Assembly: GCA_024546615.1 (NCBI GenBank)
Contig: GCA_024546615.1_5040.1
Length of the DNA: 47,767 bases
Origin: Escherichia coli
Lineage (GTDB): Bacteria; Pseudomonadota; Gammaproteobacteria; Enterobacterales; Enterobacteriaceae
Direction: 5' to 3' (one strand)
Under the pieces are notes generated by a model, which had not been told where the DNA came from, ran no database searches, and was given only the letters and a program-made list of their open reading frames with translations. A program made the translations under genes and the position numbers. Shown here in pieces: positions 8,444 to 18,569 of this stretch (the first letter of the stretch is position 1; every line of letters starts with the position of its first letter).

Positions 8444-9586
8444 ATGTGTTTAACGATTATCACTATGGCATACTCTGACGGACTCGTCAACATGCAAATC
8501 ACCGTAACACACAATGACCGTAAAAGTTTTGCACTGAACTCCCAACGTGTTTACACGGATGAGGGATTCCTGCGTGTGCCGGGTAAAGCCGCTCGTACCG
8601 GTATTCAGGAGTATCTTGCTTTGGAACTGGGACTAAAAGACCGCGCACCGAATGACATTATCCGTGTATACCGTCCCGCCGAAGAAGTGTTTAACGATGC
8701 GTCGCTTCAGAGCTATCTCGGCGCAGATGTCACGAATAACCATCCTCCCACATTTGTCAACGCTTCCACGTACCGTAATACCTCCGTTGGTGTTGTAACG
8801 AGTATCGGTCGTCAGGACGGCGATTTTGTCATTGTGGATATGGTCATTAAGGATAAAGACGCGATTAAGGCTGTCGAAACCGGTAAGTGTGAGTTGTCAG
8901 CCGGTTACACGGCGGTGTATGATGATACACCAGGGACAACGCCGGAAGGTGAACCGTATGACTTCCGACAGACCCAGATTAAAATTAACCACGTTGCAAT
9001 TGTTGACCGTGCTCGTGCGGGTGCAATGGCGCGTATCTTCGATAATATGGAGAAAAAACCCATGTATCAAATCACCACTGACACCGGGGTAAAAGTCGAT
9101 GTGGCGGATGCTGTGGTAGTAGACGCGTTCAAACGCTTAGAACAGCGTGTCAGTGACGCAGAAGCCGCCAAAGAAACCGTACAGGCTCAACTCGACGCAG
9201 CACTGGAACAGGTTGCCGACCTGACCACCAAATGCAGCGATGAAGCCCTGAAAGCACGCGTGGAAGCAATTGCACGTGTTACCACCTCAGCACGTAAAGT
9301 TGCTGGCGATGAATTCACCTGTGACAGCGTGGACCCGGTTGCAATCAAACGTGCCGCTCTTGCTGTTAAACGTCCGTCTGTTGACTGGGCTGACAAATCT
9401 GCCGCCTATGTTGAAGCCGCTTTCGATATGGCCGTGGAAGAACCAGTGAAACCTGTGGTAGACTCACAACTTGAGCAACTGGCTAAAGATGGTGCTAAAG
9501 ACATCAAACAGCCGGTAGCCGACGCAAAACCTGTACTGTCCCGCGCACAAGAAGCACTGCTGCGTCAGACTGGCAAACTTAAATAA
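8444..9586 (+). CDS. Putative prohead protease/scaffold (DUF2213-like N-domain plus coiled-coil C-domain)
   Basis: Position before decoration-like and capsid genes; Ala/Glu-rich helical C-terminal half; true start uncertain (ATG 8444, 8465 or 8492). Confidence 0.55.
   Translation: MCLTIITMAYSDGLVNMQITVTHNDRKSFALNSQRVYTDEGFLRVPGKAARTGIQEYLALELGLKDRAPNDIIRVYRPAEEVFNDASLQSYLGADVTNNHPPTFVNASTYRNTSVGVVTSIGRQDGDFVIVDMVIKDKDAIKAVETGKCELSAGYTAVYDDTPGTTPEGEPYDFRQTQIKINHVAIVDRARAGAMARIFDNMEKKPMYQITTDTGVKVDVADAVVVDAFKRLEQRVSDAEAAKETVQAQLDAALEQVADLTTKCSDEALKARVEAIARVTTSARKVAGDEFTCDSVDPVAIKRAALAVKRPSVDWADKSAAYVEAAFDMAVEEPVKPVVDSQLEQLAKDGAKDIKQPVADAKPVLSRAQEALLRQTGKLK
8462..8490 (-). promoter_or_regulatory. 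Sigma70-like promoter TTGACG-17-CATAGT overlapping palindrome TGACGGACTCGTCAA (8476-8490)
   Basis: Spacing read directly; faces minus-strand small-gene block. Confidence 0.5.
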
Positions 9587-9597
9587 GGGTGACATAG

Positions 9598-10086
9598 ATG
9601 GCTATTACTGCAACCAGCTACGGTCTGAATCACGACGCAGCCTTTACCGGGATGGTCGCCGACGGACAAGTAGCAAATATCGTTTCTAAAATCAACGATG
9701 ACACCGCAACCGTCGCATACGGTAAAGGTGTTGTGCGTAGTGGTGAGAAAGGTTTTAAGGCTGCAACAGCCTCATCCACCGCTGATGACTTCGTGGGCGT
9801 ACTGGTCCGTGAACTGAACCGCTCTTACGCTGATGGTGCAACTTTCGGTGCTCCGGTTGACCGTCCGGCATCCGTACTCACCGCTGGCGTAATTTGGGTA
9901 ACCGTAGCGGAGGCTGTTGCCGTTGGTGACGCTGCATTCCTGCGTGTTGGTGCGACTCAGACCGGTGATTTCGCTAAAGCAGCGGGTTCTGCAGCAACTC
10001 TGTCGGTTGCAATTCCGGGCGCTAAATTTCTCACTGCCGCAACCGCCGGTGGTCTGGCTAAACTGTCTCTGGTTGTTGGGGGTTAA
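9598..10086 (+). CDS. Head decoration / DUF2190-like structural protein
   Basis: 162 aa Ala/Gly/Val-rich protein between scaffold and capsid; RBS AGGGTGA. Confidence 0.5.
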   Translation: MAITATSYGLNHDAAFTGMVADGQVANIVSKINDDTATVAYGKGVVRSGEKGFKAATASSTADDFVGVLVRELNRSYADGATFGAPVDRPASVLTAGVIWVTVAEAVAVGDAAFLRVGATQTGDFAKAAGSAATLSVAIPGAKFLTAATAGGLAKLSLVVGG

Positions 10087-10088
10087 TA

Positions 10089-11123
10089 ATGGATAAGTTA
10101 AACAGCGTTGTACTTGACGCACAGACTATCGCGGGTAACCCGTGGGTCAAACAGTATCTGGACGGTCAGAACGCTATCAACGTTCCGGCTGAATTCCGTG
10201 ATGCTGACGGTGGTATCGCGTTCTACATCTCTCAGCTGGCACAGGTTGAGCAGACCGTTTACGCGACTCCATATGCAGATATTACCTATCTGCAGGATAT
10301 TCCGGTTGTGTCCGGCATCCCGGAACATGCGAACCATTGGGTGTACCGCTCATATGATGGCGTCACGGTTGGGAAATTCATCGGCGCAAACGCTATGGAC
10401 CTGCCACACGTCGCCCAGTCTGCAAAACTCCACACTGTACCGCTGAACTACGGTGGTATCGAGTGTCACTACAGCATCGACGAGCTGCGTACCACTGCGT
10501 CTCAGAACATGCCGATTGACACCATGCAGCAACAGTTGGCGTATCGTGGCTATGAAGAACACAGTCAGAAAGTGGCTTACTTCGGTGACTCACAACTGGG
10601 AATGGCCGGTCTGTTTAATAACAGCAACGTTACAGCGACCAGTGCAACTGTTGACTACACCACTGCCACCGGTCAGGAGCTGTTCAACATGCTCAACGAC
10701 CCACTGTTCGACGTCATCAAACTGTCCAAAAACTTCCACCTGCCTAACACCGTTCGCGTATTCCCGGACCTGTGGAAGCGCATGAACAGCACGCTAATGA
10801 CTGGTTACTCCGACACCACCGTAATGGAGTTTTTCAAAACCAACAACGCGTACACTCTGATGACCGGTCAGGAAATTGACATTCAGGTTCGTTTCCAGCT
10901 GACCGCTGCGGAGCTGGCTGCGGGCGGTGTGTCCAACGGTTCGAAAGACCGCGTGCTCATTTACGAGAAGAACGACCGCAACCTGGGTGTTGCTAAGCCG
11001 ATTCCGTTCCGTATGTTGGCACCACAGAACAAAGGTCTGGCCGTAACTGTACCGGCAGAGTATAAGATTTCAGGCACCGAAATTCGCTATCCTCTGAGCG
11101 CAATCTATCTCGACATGCTGTAA
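10089..11123 (+). CDS. Major capsid protein (lambda gpE-like fold presumed)
   Basis: 344 aa; position after scaffold/decoration genes; followed by strong intrinsic terminator. Confidence 0.7.
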   Translation: MDKLNSVVLDAQTIAGNPWVKQYLDGQNAINVPAEFRDADGGIAFYISQLAQVEQTVYATPYADITYLQDIPVVSGIPEHANHWVYRSYDGVTVGKFIGANAMDLPHVAQSAKLHTVPLNYGGIECHYSIDELRTTASQNMPIDTMQQQLAYRGYEEHSQKVAYFGDSQLGMAGLFNNSNVTATSATVDYTTATGQELFNMLNDPLFDVIKLSKNFHLPNTVRVFPDLWKRMNSTLMTGYSDTTVMEFFKTNNAYTLMTGQEIDIQVRFQLTAAELAAGGVSNGSKDRVLIYEKNDRNLGVAKPIPFRMLAPQNKGLAVTVPAEYKISGTEIRYPLSAIYLDML

Positions 11124-11146
11124 TACCTACCCTCAGCGACATCCCA

Positions 11147-11172
11147 AGCCCTCTTCGGAGGGCTTTTCTTTT
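11147..11172 (+). terminator. Rho-independent terminator after capsid gene
   Basis: Hairpin AGCCCTC-TTCG-GAGGGCT followed by TTTCTTTT. Confidence 0.7.
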
Positions 11173-11219
11173 GTCTCCTCTTGGGTTATAGTTACCACCG
11201 TCTTAAGAGGAGGAATTCC

Positions 11220-12800
11220 ATGTTCGTAGAAAGAGCAAAAAAAATACATAAAGGGAAATACGACTATTCCAAAGTGGAATATGTAAATAATAAAACACCC
11301 GTGACGATAGTTTGTCCGGTGCACGGTGATTTCGTTCAAATACCGCAGGGACACCTGAACTGCGAAATAGCGTGTCCAAAATGTAGAATCGACGATGTTT
11401 ATGACCGAATGATACAGCGGGCACGGGAGATTCATGGTGACAGATACTCATACGTCCGGGAATCATTCGTTTCCGTAGTCAAGAAAATGTCTATAATTTG
11501 TCCTGTACACGGGGTGTATCGGATGACACTGAACAACCATGTTCACAATGGTGCGGAATGTAAACCATGCGCACTGGCGAAACGTGGAGAATCACAACGG
11601 AAGACACTTGACAGTTTTGTGGAAGACGCGAAAAAAGTTCATGGTGACAGATACGATTATTCCAAAGTTATTTACGAGGGCAACAAAAAGAAAATAACCA
11701 TCACTTGTGCAAAACATGGTGACTTCAAACAGGAACCATATTCACATCTTTCGGGAAGAGGTTGTCCAAAATGCGGTCTCGAATCCAGAGCAAGCAAAAG
11801 TATGAGTACTCTTGAAAGATTCATTCACAAAAGCAGAGCTATACACGGTGACAAGTATGATTATTCTAAAGCGGTGTATAAAGGTAGTGACCAAAAACTA
11901 ACCATAATTTGTCCGGTGCACGGTGAATTTTCCCAATACGCAAATAACCACTCTACTCTTGGTCATCAATGCCCGACGTGTTCAAAAGCGGGTGTGTCCC
12001 GAGGTGAATTTGAAGTCTTCAACTTCGTCCGTTCCATCTGTCCCGATGCGGTACAATCCGACCGTACAACCATTGGACCGCTGGAACTTGATGTTGTAGT
12101 GCCGTCGCGCAATCTGGCAATTGAATTTAACGGTCTGTACTGGCACGATGAGCGCACGAAAGACAAGAAGTATCACATCGCCAAGCGTCACCGCGTGGAA
12201 GCCGCAGGATACCGTCTGATAAGTATCCGTGAGGATGTCTGGAATGAGCGCCGTGAGCAGGTAGAAAATATCATTCGCAACGCGCTCGGCGTGACATCCG
12301 ACAAAGTGTTTGCCCGTAAATGTGACATCGTGGAAGTTTCGACGTCTGAAGCGAAGGTATTCATGGAGAAACACCACGTGCAGGGTTTCCGGGGTGCGAC
12401 CGTTCATTATGGTTTGCAACATGATGACACCTTAGTTGCTGTGATCAGTCTGACAAACTGGCAGAAAAAGAACGAATGGGAACTGGTACGATATGCAACC
12501 GCGTGTAATGTCCCGGGTGGACTGTCCCGCTTGTGGAAACATGCTACCACGGTTAACAGCATCGTCCGCGCCTATTCATACGTTGACCGGGATTTGTTCA
12601 GCGGTTCCAGTTACGCTAATGCCGGTTTCATACTTTCAGCCACAACAGTAGGATTCAGGATCGTAAATGGTTGCACAACCGAATCGCGTGAGAAGTGGAA
12701 CCGCGCACCAGACGGAATGACACAGACGCAATGGTACGAATCAGAAGGTGTATCACGCATCTACGATTCTGGACAGGACAAGCTGTTATGGGTAAAATGA
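11220..12800 (+). CDS. Homing-endonuclease-like protein: four tandem zinc-ribbon modules, Vsr/DUF559-like nuclease core, unknown C-domain
   Basis: Four repeats of ...HGDxYDYSKV.Y...K.TI.CP.HG.F.Q.P..HL.G.GCPKCG; then ELDVVVP...LAIEFNGLYWHDE resembling Vsr FVDGCFWH motif; RBS AGGAGG; inserted after capsid terminator. Confidence 0.6.
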   Translation: MFVERAKKIHKGKYDYSKVEYVNNKTPVTIVCPVHGDFVQIPQGHLNCEIACPKCRIDDVYDRMIQRAREIHGDRYSYVRESFVSVVKKMSIICPVHGVYRMTLNNHVHNGAECKPCALAKRGESQRKTLDSFVEDAKKVHGDRYDYSKVIYEGNKKKITITCAKHGDFKQEPYSHLSGRGCPKCGLESRASKSMSTLERFIHKSRAIHGDKYDYSKAVYKGSDQKLTIICPVHGEFSQYANNHSTLGHQCPTCSKAGVSRGEFEVFNFVRSICPDAVQSDRTTIGPLELDVVVPSRNLAIEFNGLYWHDERTKDKKYHIAKRHRVEAAGYRLISIREDVWNERREQVENIIRNALGVTSDKVFARKCDIVEVSTSEAKVFMEKHHVQGFRGATVHYGLQHDDTLVAVISLTNWQKKNEWELVRYATACNVPGGLSRLWKHATTVNSIVRAYSYVDRDLFSGSSYANAGFILSATTVGFRIVNGCTTESREKWNRAPDGMTQTQWYESEGVSRIYDSGQDKLLWVK

Positions 12801-12832
12801 CAACGGGTAAGTATTGCAACTAAAGGTGATTT

Positions 12833-13590
<758 letters not shown>

Positions 13591-13599
13591 GGTAATTGA

Positions 13600-14226
13600 A
13601 TGTCGGTAACAACTTACGAAGTTCTTTCTGCTAATACAGTTAGCGAACTCGTTGCGCTCGTCAATGCTGCAACAGGTAAAACGCCACTTGGTGAGATATT
13701 CATACAAGGTGGTGCGCCTCGACAGGTGGTTGTCACAGGTGAGCCGGTAAGCGGGTACATCTCTGACGATTATCAAGCAGTTGTTGGTGTAGACCCTCAG
13801 GGTCTGGCTGACGCTGTGACGGCTGTCATGACTGATGACATTCAGCCATTGGGTGCTCCAATCATCCGCAACAATACAATGATTCAAATGATGGGAACCG
13901 TGACCCCTTCAAGTGGCGGCTCTGTGGCGTGGGATAATATTACCGGGAAACCTGCTGTTATCGCCGCAGGTGCGAACGCCGCCGCAGCACGTACCGCAAT
14001 TGGCGCGGGTACTTCAAGTCTGGTCATTGGCACAACAGCATCAACGGCAATGGCTGGTAATAAGTTCACACAAGGGTCAGCGGTAACCAATGTCGGCTCG
14101 CAGACGGTATCGGGAGAGGATGCAACCTCCGTGGCCACCTCGGCAACCACGGCTGTTAACGTGGTTGCGACAAAATTAAATGACCTGCTTACCCAGCTGC
14201 GCGCCTCCGGCATTATCGCATCGTGA
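13600..14226 (+). CDS. Hypothetical structural protein (208 aa, Ala/Thr/Gly/Ser-rich C-terminus)
   Basis: RBS GAGGT; low-complexity C-terminal half. Confidence 0.4.
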   Translation: MSVTTYEVLSANTVSELVALVNAATGKTPLGEIFIQGGAPRQVVVTGEPVSGYISDDYQAVVGVDPQGLADAVTAVMTDDIQPLGAPIIRNNTMIQMMGTVTPSSGGSVAWDNITGKPAVIAAGANAAAARTAIGAGTSSLVIGTTASTAMAGNKFTQGSAVTNVGSQTVSGEDATSVATSATTAVNVVATKLNDLLTQLRASGIIAS

Positions 14227-14227
14227 G

Positions 14228-14677
14228 TTAACTTCCGGTACTCCCAAAACCACCCTGACGGTCAGTTTTCTGTTGGGGTGGTTCATTGATTTGCTTAAAC
14301 GTCACTTGTTCGACCGGAATCAACATCCCCTGTGCAATCCGGTCACCGTGATTAACCCAGAACACACCTTCACAATGGTCAACATCCTGCGTCAACTTGA
14401 CCATCAATTCACCGGTGTAGTCACTGTCAATGACGCCGGTGCAATTTGACAGACGGACATCACTGTTAAATCCGTGACCACTGCGTGAGTAAATCATCAA
14501 AGCGTACCCAACTGGTATATCAAATTTAAGCCCTGTAGGAATGATTACGGGCTCACCGTTGCGAACTGGTACTGGTTCATCAAGTACAGCATAAATATCG
14601 AAGCACGCGCTTCCTGACGTTGCATACGTTGGAATACGTGCGCCAGGGCGTGACAGGTAAATGTTCATCTCACTCAT
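14228..14677 (-). CDS. dut: dUTP diphosphatase (dUTPase)
   Basis: Motifs SRSGHG, GVIDSDYTGE and C-terminal GGFGSTG; track ORF trimmed to MSEMNIY start with RBS GGAGAG. Confidence 0.8.
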   Translation of the reverse strand: MSEMNIYLSRPGARIPTYATSGSACFDIYAVLDEPVPVRNGEPVIIPTGLKFDIPVGYALMIYSRSGHGFNSDVRLSNCTGVIDSDYTGELMVKLTQDVDHCEGVFWVNHGDRIAQGMLIPVEQVTFKQINEPPQQKTDRQGGFGSTGS

Positions 14678-14756
14678 TTCTTCAACTCTCCAGCCGTATT
14701 GTGCGCGGTTAAGCGCGATAAATTTATCTTTCGTTGTGAATAAAACTGTTCCAGAT

Positions 14757-15155
14757 TTATGCTTTACTGCCCACATATTTAATCACCATATATCCTGGTC
14801 TGGCGGAAAGTGAGACCTTGTGTCCGTATATCCACGCGGTTTTGTATACGTATGTTAACTGTGCGGTGCGCAATTTAATGTCCGAATATGTTGCTTTAGT
14901 TCTCCAGTTCCATGTGAACTCATCGCCCGGTTTTGCTCTTTCAAGGGCGTCAAGGAGGATGATACGCTCATACGACCTTACCCCACGTGATACGCGTCTC
15001 CTGGTTTTGGGCTTCCCTCGTGCCAGACTTCGTTTATCTGGTTTTCCACTTTTTGTAATTCGTATCAGTCTCTGTGATGGCTGTGCGACATCTTGAGGGA
15101 CACTCTCTTCTGGAACAGAATTTATTTTTTTTAAAATATAAGCTGCAAATGACAT
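14757..15155 (-). CDS. Basic hypothetical protein (132 aa)
   Basis: Lys/Arg-rich; first gene downstream of promoter at 15187-15215; RBS AGAGAGG. Confidence 0.5.
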   Translation of the reverse strand: MSFAAYILKKINSVPEESVPQDVAQPSQRLIRITKSGKPDKRSLARGKPKTRRRVSRGVRSYERIILLDALERAKPGDEFTWNWRTKATYSDIKLRTAQLTYVYKTAWIYGHKVSLSARPGYMVIKYVGSKA

Positions 15156-15186
15156 GGTGTTATTCCTCTCTGTAATTTACAAAATG

Positions 15187-15215
15187 AGTATATCAGTGGC
15201 TGACGCATTCGTCAA
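15187..15215 (-). promoter_or_regulatory. Sigma70-like promoter TTGACG-17-TATACT overlapping palindrome CTGACGCATTCGTCAA (15200-15215)
   Basis: Spacing read directly; at left boundary of repeat copy A. Confidence 0.55.
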
Positions 15216-15510
15216 TACCTCATTTACCCCGAAATACCCGAGGCATCGGGGTGGCGAATTTACTTTCACAATCATAGGTTTACGCGCATAACCGAAAACC
15301 ACGTACATTCTTCCCCTCTTCCCTCTTATAAACCCTATAATATATACATTATGTATTATACTACATTTATACTATATATTATATACTCTCTATTACTACT
15401 AATTACTATTTTATAAGGGTATAAGGGTAATAAGTAATAAGTAACAGAAAACTAAAGAGTTTTTTATACCCCGATGACATACCCCGAACGAGTTTCAACG
15501 GGGTATGTGG
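15211..15510. repeat. Repeat copy A (~300 bp, about 93% identical to 47502-47767 plus 1-35): hairpins, AT-rich TATA-rich core, TAAGGGTA/ATAAGTA short direct repeats
   Basis: Direct by-eye alignment of the two copies; hairpin CCCCGA-N13-TCGGGG near 15228-15252 and ATACCCCG-N12-CGGGGTAT at 15479-15506. Confidence 0.85.
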
Positions 15511-15559
15511 ATACCGGTGCAACGTTGTGTGATAATGTCTTGACAAATGAGGGCACACC

Positions 15560-16063
15560 ATGTCAGTCAATATTACAGAATTGCAAAAAGCTAAAGGTAT
15601 CATCCGCGACAGGCTCGGGCGATTTGTTAAAGCCAGTAATCGCGTCGTTACTGTTGGGATACATGAGGACGCTGGTGAACATCCTGACTCTGGTATGACG
15701 AATGCGCAGCTTGGTGCATTGCTGAATTACGGTAACCCGAGTAATAAATTGTATGGTAATCCCGCACCTATCCCTCCTCGTCCCTGGCTCGTCCCCGGAG
15801 TGGAGAGTGGTAAACAGGATATCGTGGACACCATCGCTCACGGTGTAGCTAATGATTTGCCGCTTGAACAGGTACTGGAGCAAGTAGGTGCATTTGCGGC
15901 TGGTGCGGTACAACAATACATGACTGATTTACATCAACCGCCAAACAGCGCGTACACTATTGCTCAAAAGGGTTCCAGCAATCCGCTTATTGACACGGGC
16001 GCTTTACGCGCGAGCGTGACATACAAGGTCAGTAACGAAAAACCTGATGAGGGTATCTTATGA
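15560..16063 (+). CDS. Tail completion / HK97 gp10-like virion morphogenesis protein
   Basis: C-terminal PLIDTGALRASVTYKV motif typical of gp10-like family; RBS GAGGG; first gene after repeat copy A. Confidence 0.5.
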   Translation: MSVNITELQKAKGIIRDRLGRFVKASNRVVTVGIHEDAGEHPDSGMTNAQLGALLNYGNPSNKLYGNPAPIPPRPWLVPGVESGKQDIVDTIAHGVANDLPLEQVLEQVGAFAAGAVQQYMTDLHQPPNSAYTIAQKGSSNPLIDTGALRASVTYKVSNEKPDEGIL

Positions 16064-16413
16064 GTCTGTCAATGCGTGGTCATATTGACAACGTGTTTAA
16101 ATCTGTACCGGCGACACACGTGGGTAAATCTGGCTCATACGTGGACGGTATCTGGACCCCCGTGACATCCGGACCGGTTGCATTCACGGTGAACATTCAA
16201 CCACTGAGCGACAAGGAAATTGATTTTATGCGTCAGGGCGGTCAGCGCATCGTTGACCCGCGCAAAATATACGTCAACAATGGTGACCTTGACTCAATCG
16301 CGCTCGATGGTGAATGGGTATTCCTGGGTCAGCGCTGGAAAGTCATTCGCACTGACAATCGCCCGTGGCGTAAATACTGTAAGGTAATTGTGGACCGCTA
16401 TGACCAACAATGA
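16060..16413 (+). CDS. Hypothetical tail-associated protein (117 aa)
   Basis: ATGA overlap with upstream gene; RBS GAGGG. Confidence 0.45.
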   Translation: MSLSMRGHIDNVFKSVPATHVGKSGSYVDGIWTPVTSGPVAFTVNIQPLSDKEIDFMRQGGQRIVDPRKIYVNNGDLDSIALDGEWVFLGQRWKVIRTDNRPWRKYCKVIVDRYDQQ

Positions 16414-16924
16414 AATCTTTGCGGCTCTCAGGCCGCATATACTCAACGTGACGGGCGTCAGCGAGTGTATCCTTGCCGACCCCAACGGACCGTCTCCGGA
16501 CGGCCCATACGCGTCTGTGCGTCCACGTCAAAGTATCCGTGAGCGCGGTCAGGCGAACATCATCATGACCGACGGTGCAAATGATACTATCGTGTACGAA
16601 GTCCGCGCGCAGATTGTCGCATCCTGTGAAATTAATTTCTTCCGTGGTGAAGCAATGCGGTACGCCGAAATGCTGAAGGAATGCCACAAGCGCCCGGACG
16701 TGTGCTGGTCCCTGTGGCAAAAGGGGATTGGCTGGGGTGGCACTGAACCGGTTAACAACCTGACAGCGCTGCAGGCGAGCAACTTTGAACAGCGTGCGCA
16801 GATCATCGTTAAACTGCTTTACGAAGCGGTGAATACGGTGACAGTGAATAACATTCTGCACGTTCCGGTTAATGTGTGGGACGAGTACAACAGAGTATTA
16901 CTTTCTGATGAAATTTCGATATAA
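16400..16924 (+). CDS. Hypothetical tail-associated protein
   Basis: Track ORF begins at TTG 16388; first ATG at 16400. Confidence 0.45.
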   Translation: MTNNEIFAALRPHILNVTGVSECILADPNGPSPDGPYASVRPRQSIRERGQANIIMTDGANDTIVYEVRAQIVASCEINFFRGEAMRYAEMLKECHKRPDVCWSLWQKGIGWGGTEPVNNLTALQASNFEQRAQIIVKLLYEAVNTVTVNNILHVPVNVWDEYNRVLLSDEISI

Positions 16925-16964
16925 TGGTCAACGTGTGCACACTGTAACTTACGAGGACTCGTAA

Positions 16965-18101
16965 ATGTCTTTTCCAGTTGAACAAATCATCCCAATCACG
17001 ACCCGGATTTCTCCGGCGGGATTGGGTACAGCAAACTTCGCTTCCGCGATGTTGTTTGCTAAAAACTCCGAACTCCCGAGCGGTTTCACCAAAGACACGG
17101 TTCGTACCTACTATTCCACCTCTTCTCTCGCCGCTGACTTTGCCCCCACGACCGAGACGTACCAGGCCGGTGCCAAGTTCCTCGGCTCCACCCCCGCGGT
17201 ACCGAAACTTACCGTGTGGGCCACCGCTGACGATGATGCGGATATCAAAGCGACGCTGGCTAAGGCGTTCGATAAGCATTACTGGTACTGGACGCTTTTC
17301 ACCAAAGACGTGCTGGCAACAGAGGCAAACGTATTGTCGATTGCATCCTGGTGTGAAGAGAACAGTGTCATGTTCCCGAACAGCCAGACCGGTGAGGCTG
17401 TGGCTAAAATTCGCAACCCTGACGCCAGCGATGACATCTGTTCACAGCTGAACACGCTGGGCTATCGTCACGCGTTTACCGTTGCTCATGCAACCGACCC
17501 GTATGCGGCCTATGCGCTCATCAAGCATTCTGCCTCAGTCAATTACAGCGCTGATAACAGCACTATTGACACTGAGTTTAAAAAATCTCCGGGTGTTGCT
17601 GCCGAAGACCTGTCCGACACCGAACAGAATGCGATGGTCACCAAACGTTGCGCATTCTACAGCGTGCTGGACCTGCAAGGTAGCACCGACAGCGGTCGCT
17701 GGCTGCAAACGTGGTCGCACAGTACCTACGGCGAGTCTATTTCCGATATCGTCGATTTGGACGCATTTGTGAACTCTCTGCGTGTGGAACTGTACAACAC
17801 TATCGTTAACCAGACCACCAAACTTCCGCAGACTCCGGTCGGTCAGGAAGCGCTCATCGGTGCGGCTAAACGTGTCGGTAAACAGTACATCCGTAACCGT
17901 TATCTCGGTCCGCGCAAATACACCAGTCCTGACACCGGTCTGGAAGCGTACACCGATGGCTTCGAAGTGCTGACCAAAGCGACGGATATTCTCGACCTGT
18001 CCGATTCTGACCGCGCGGCGCGTAAGTCTGCACCGATTAACATGCGCGTGTTCAAAGCTGGTAGTGTCCGTATCTGTGACGTCACAGTCGACGTTTATTA
18101 A
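16965..18101 (+). CDS. Putative tail sheath-like protein
   Basis: 378 aa gene immediately before a 138-aa tube-like gene, chaperone and tape measure; assignment by gene order and size only. Confidence 0.4.
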   Translation: MSFPVEQIIPITTRISPAGLGTANFASAMLFAKNSELPSGFTKDTVRTYYSTSSLAADFAPTTETYQAGAKFLGSTPAVPKLTVWATADDDADIKATLAKAFDKHYWYWTLFTKDVLATEANVLSIASWCEENSVMFPNSQTGEAVAKIRNPDASDDICSQLNTLGYRHAFTVAHATDPYAAYALIKHSASVNYSADNSTIDTEFKKSPGVAAEDLSDTEQNAMVTKRCAFYSVLDLQGSTDSGRWLQTWSHSTYGESISDIVDLDAFVNSLRVELYNTIVNQTTKLPQTPVGQEALIGAAKRVGKQYIRNRYLGPRKYTSPDTGLEAYTDGFEVLTKATDILDLSDSDRAARKSAPINMRVFKAGSVRICDVTVDVY

Positions 18102-18114
18102 TGGAGAATGACCG

Positions 18115-18531
18115 ATGTCATTAGAAAACTTTTCCACAAGTAACACGGTCATCACAATTAATGGCCGAATCATTACTGATTTTGGCGAGTCTGACCCGCC
18201 GTACACCGACGAGCCGATTGACGCATCCACTGCATTACGCCGTGGTCTGGGTGGTAACGCTATTCGTCTGGACCGCATCAACCCGGGTCGTCGTGTCACG
18301 CTGAACCTCAACCCCGGCTCGGCTGACTCCGCGTATATCAACGGGCTGTTTCTGAGCAAGGCCAACATTGAATTGACCTATACTCAGATTGGTACACTTG
18401 ATGCCGCCGTCGGTGCGGAAGGTGTGATTGTGAACGATGGTCCGCGTGGGCGTGGTGGTCAGACGATTACCGATGACCAGTGGATTTTTGAGTTCAATTC
18501 ATGGACTGCGACAAAGGGTCCGGCAAGCTAA
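18115..18531 (+). CDS. Putative tail tube protein
   Basis: 138 aa; follows sheath-like gene; RBS GGAGA. Confidence 0.45.
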   Translation: MSLENFSTSNTVITINGRIITDFGESDPPYTDEPIDASTALRRGLGGNAIRLDRINPGRRVTLNLNPGSADSAYINGLFLSKANIELTYTQIGTLDAAVGAEGVIVNDGPRGRGGQTITDDQWIFEFNSWTATKGPAS

Positions 18532-18536
18532 ATGAA

Positions 18537-18569
18537 AGGGGCCTGATGGCCCCTTAATTATTTTCTTTT
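18537..18569. terminator. Bidirectional intrinsic terminator
   Basis: Hairpin AGGGGCC-TGAT-GGCCCCT followed by T-rich tract; sits between convergent genes. Confidence 0.6.

Noticed and set aside
11982-12422. 146-aa minus-strand ORF inside the endonuclease gene
   Set aside because: Antisense to a gene with clear repeated protein motifs; no independent start signals.
15290-15440. CRISPR-like or tandem-repeat array in the AT-rich core of the 300-bp element
   Set aside because: Only short degenerate TATA/TAAGGGTA-type repeats with no regular repeat-spacer periodicity and no cas genes; treated as a regulatory AT-rich region.
15211-15510. The two 300-bp copies as direct terminal repeats of a linear genome
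   Set aside because: Copies are about 93% rather than 100% identical and one is internal, flanked by unrelated genes on both sides.
16449-16460. Additional palindrome TGACGGGCGTCA
   Set aside because: Different spacer length (2 rather than 4), inside coding sequence with no promoter context; probably coincidental.
16343-17279. Minus-strand ORFs 16343-16861 and 16869-17279
   Set aside because: Antisense to contiguous plus-strand tail genes with operon-style overlaps; likely spurious.
17535-18368. 277-aa ORF antisense to the sheath-like and tube genes
   Set aside because: Fully overlaps well-supported plus-strand structural genes; Arg/Ala-rich composition typical of antisense frames in coding DNA; no RBS.
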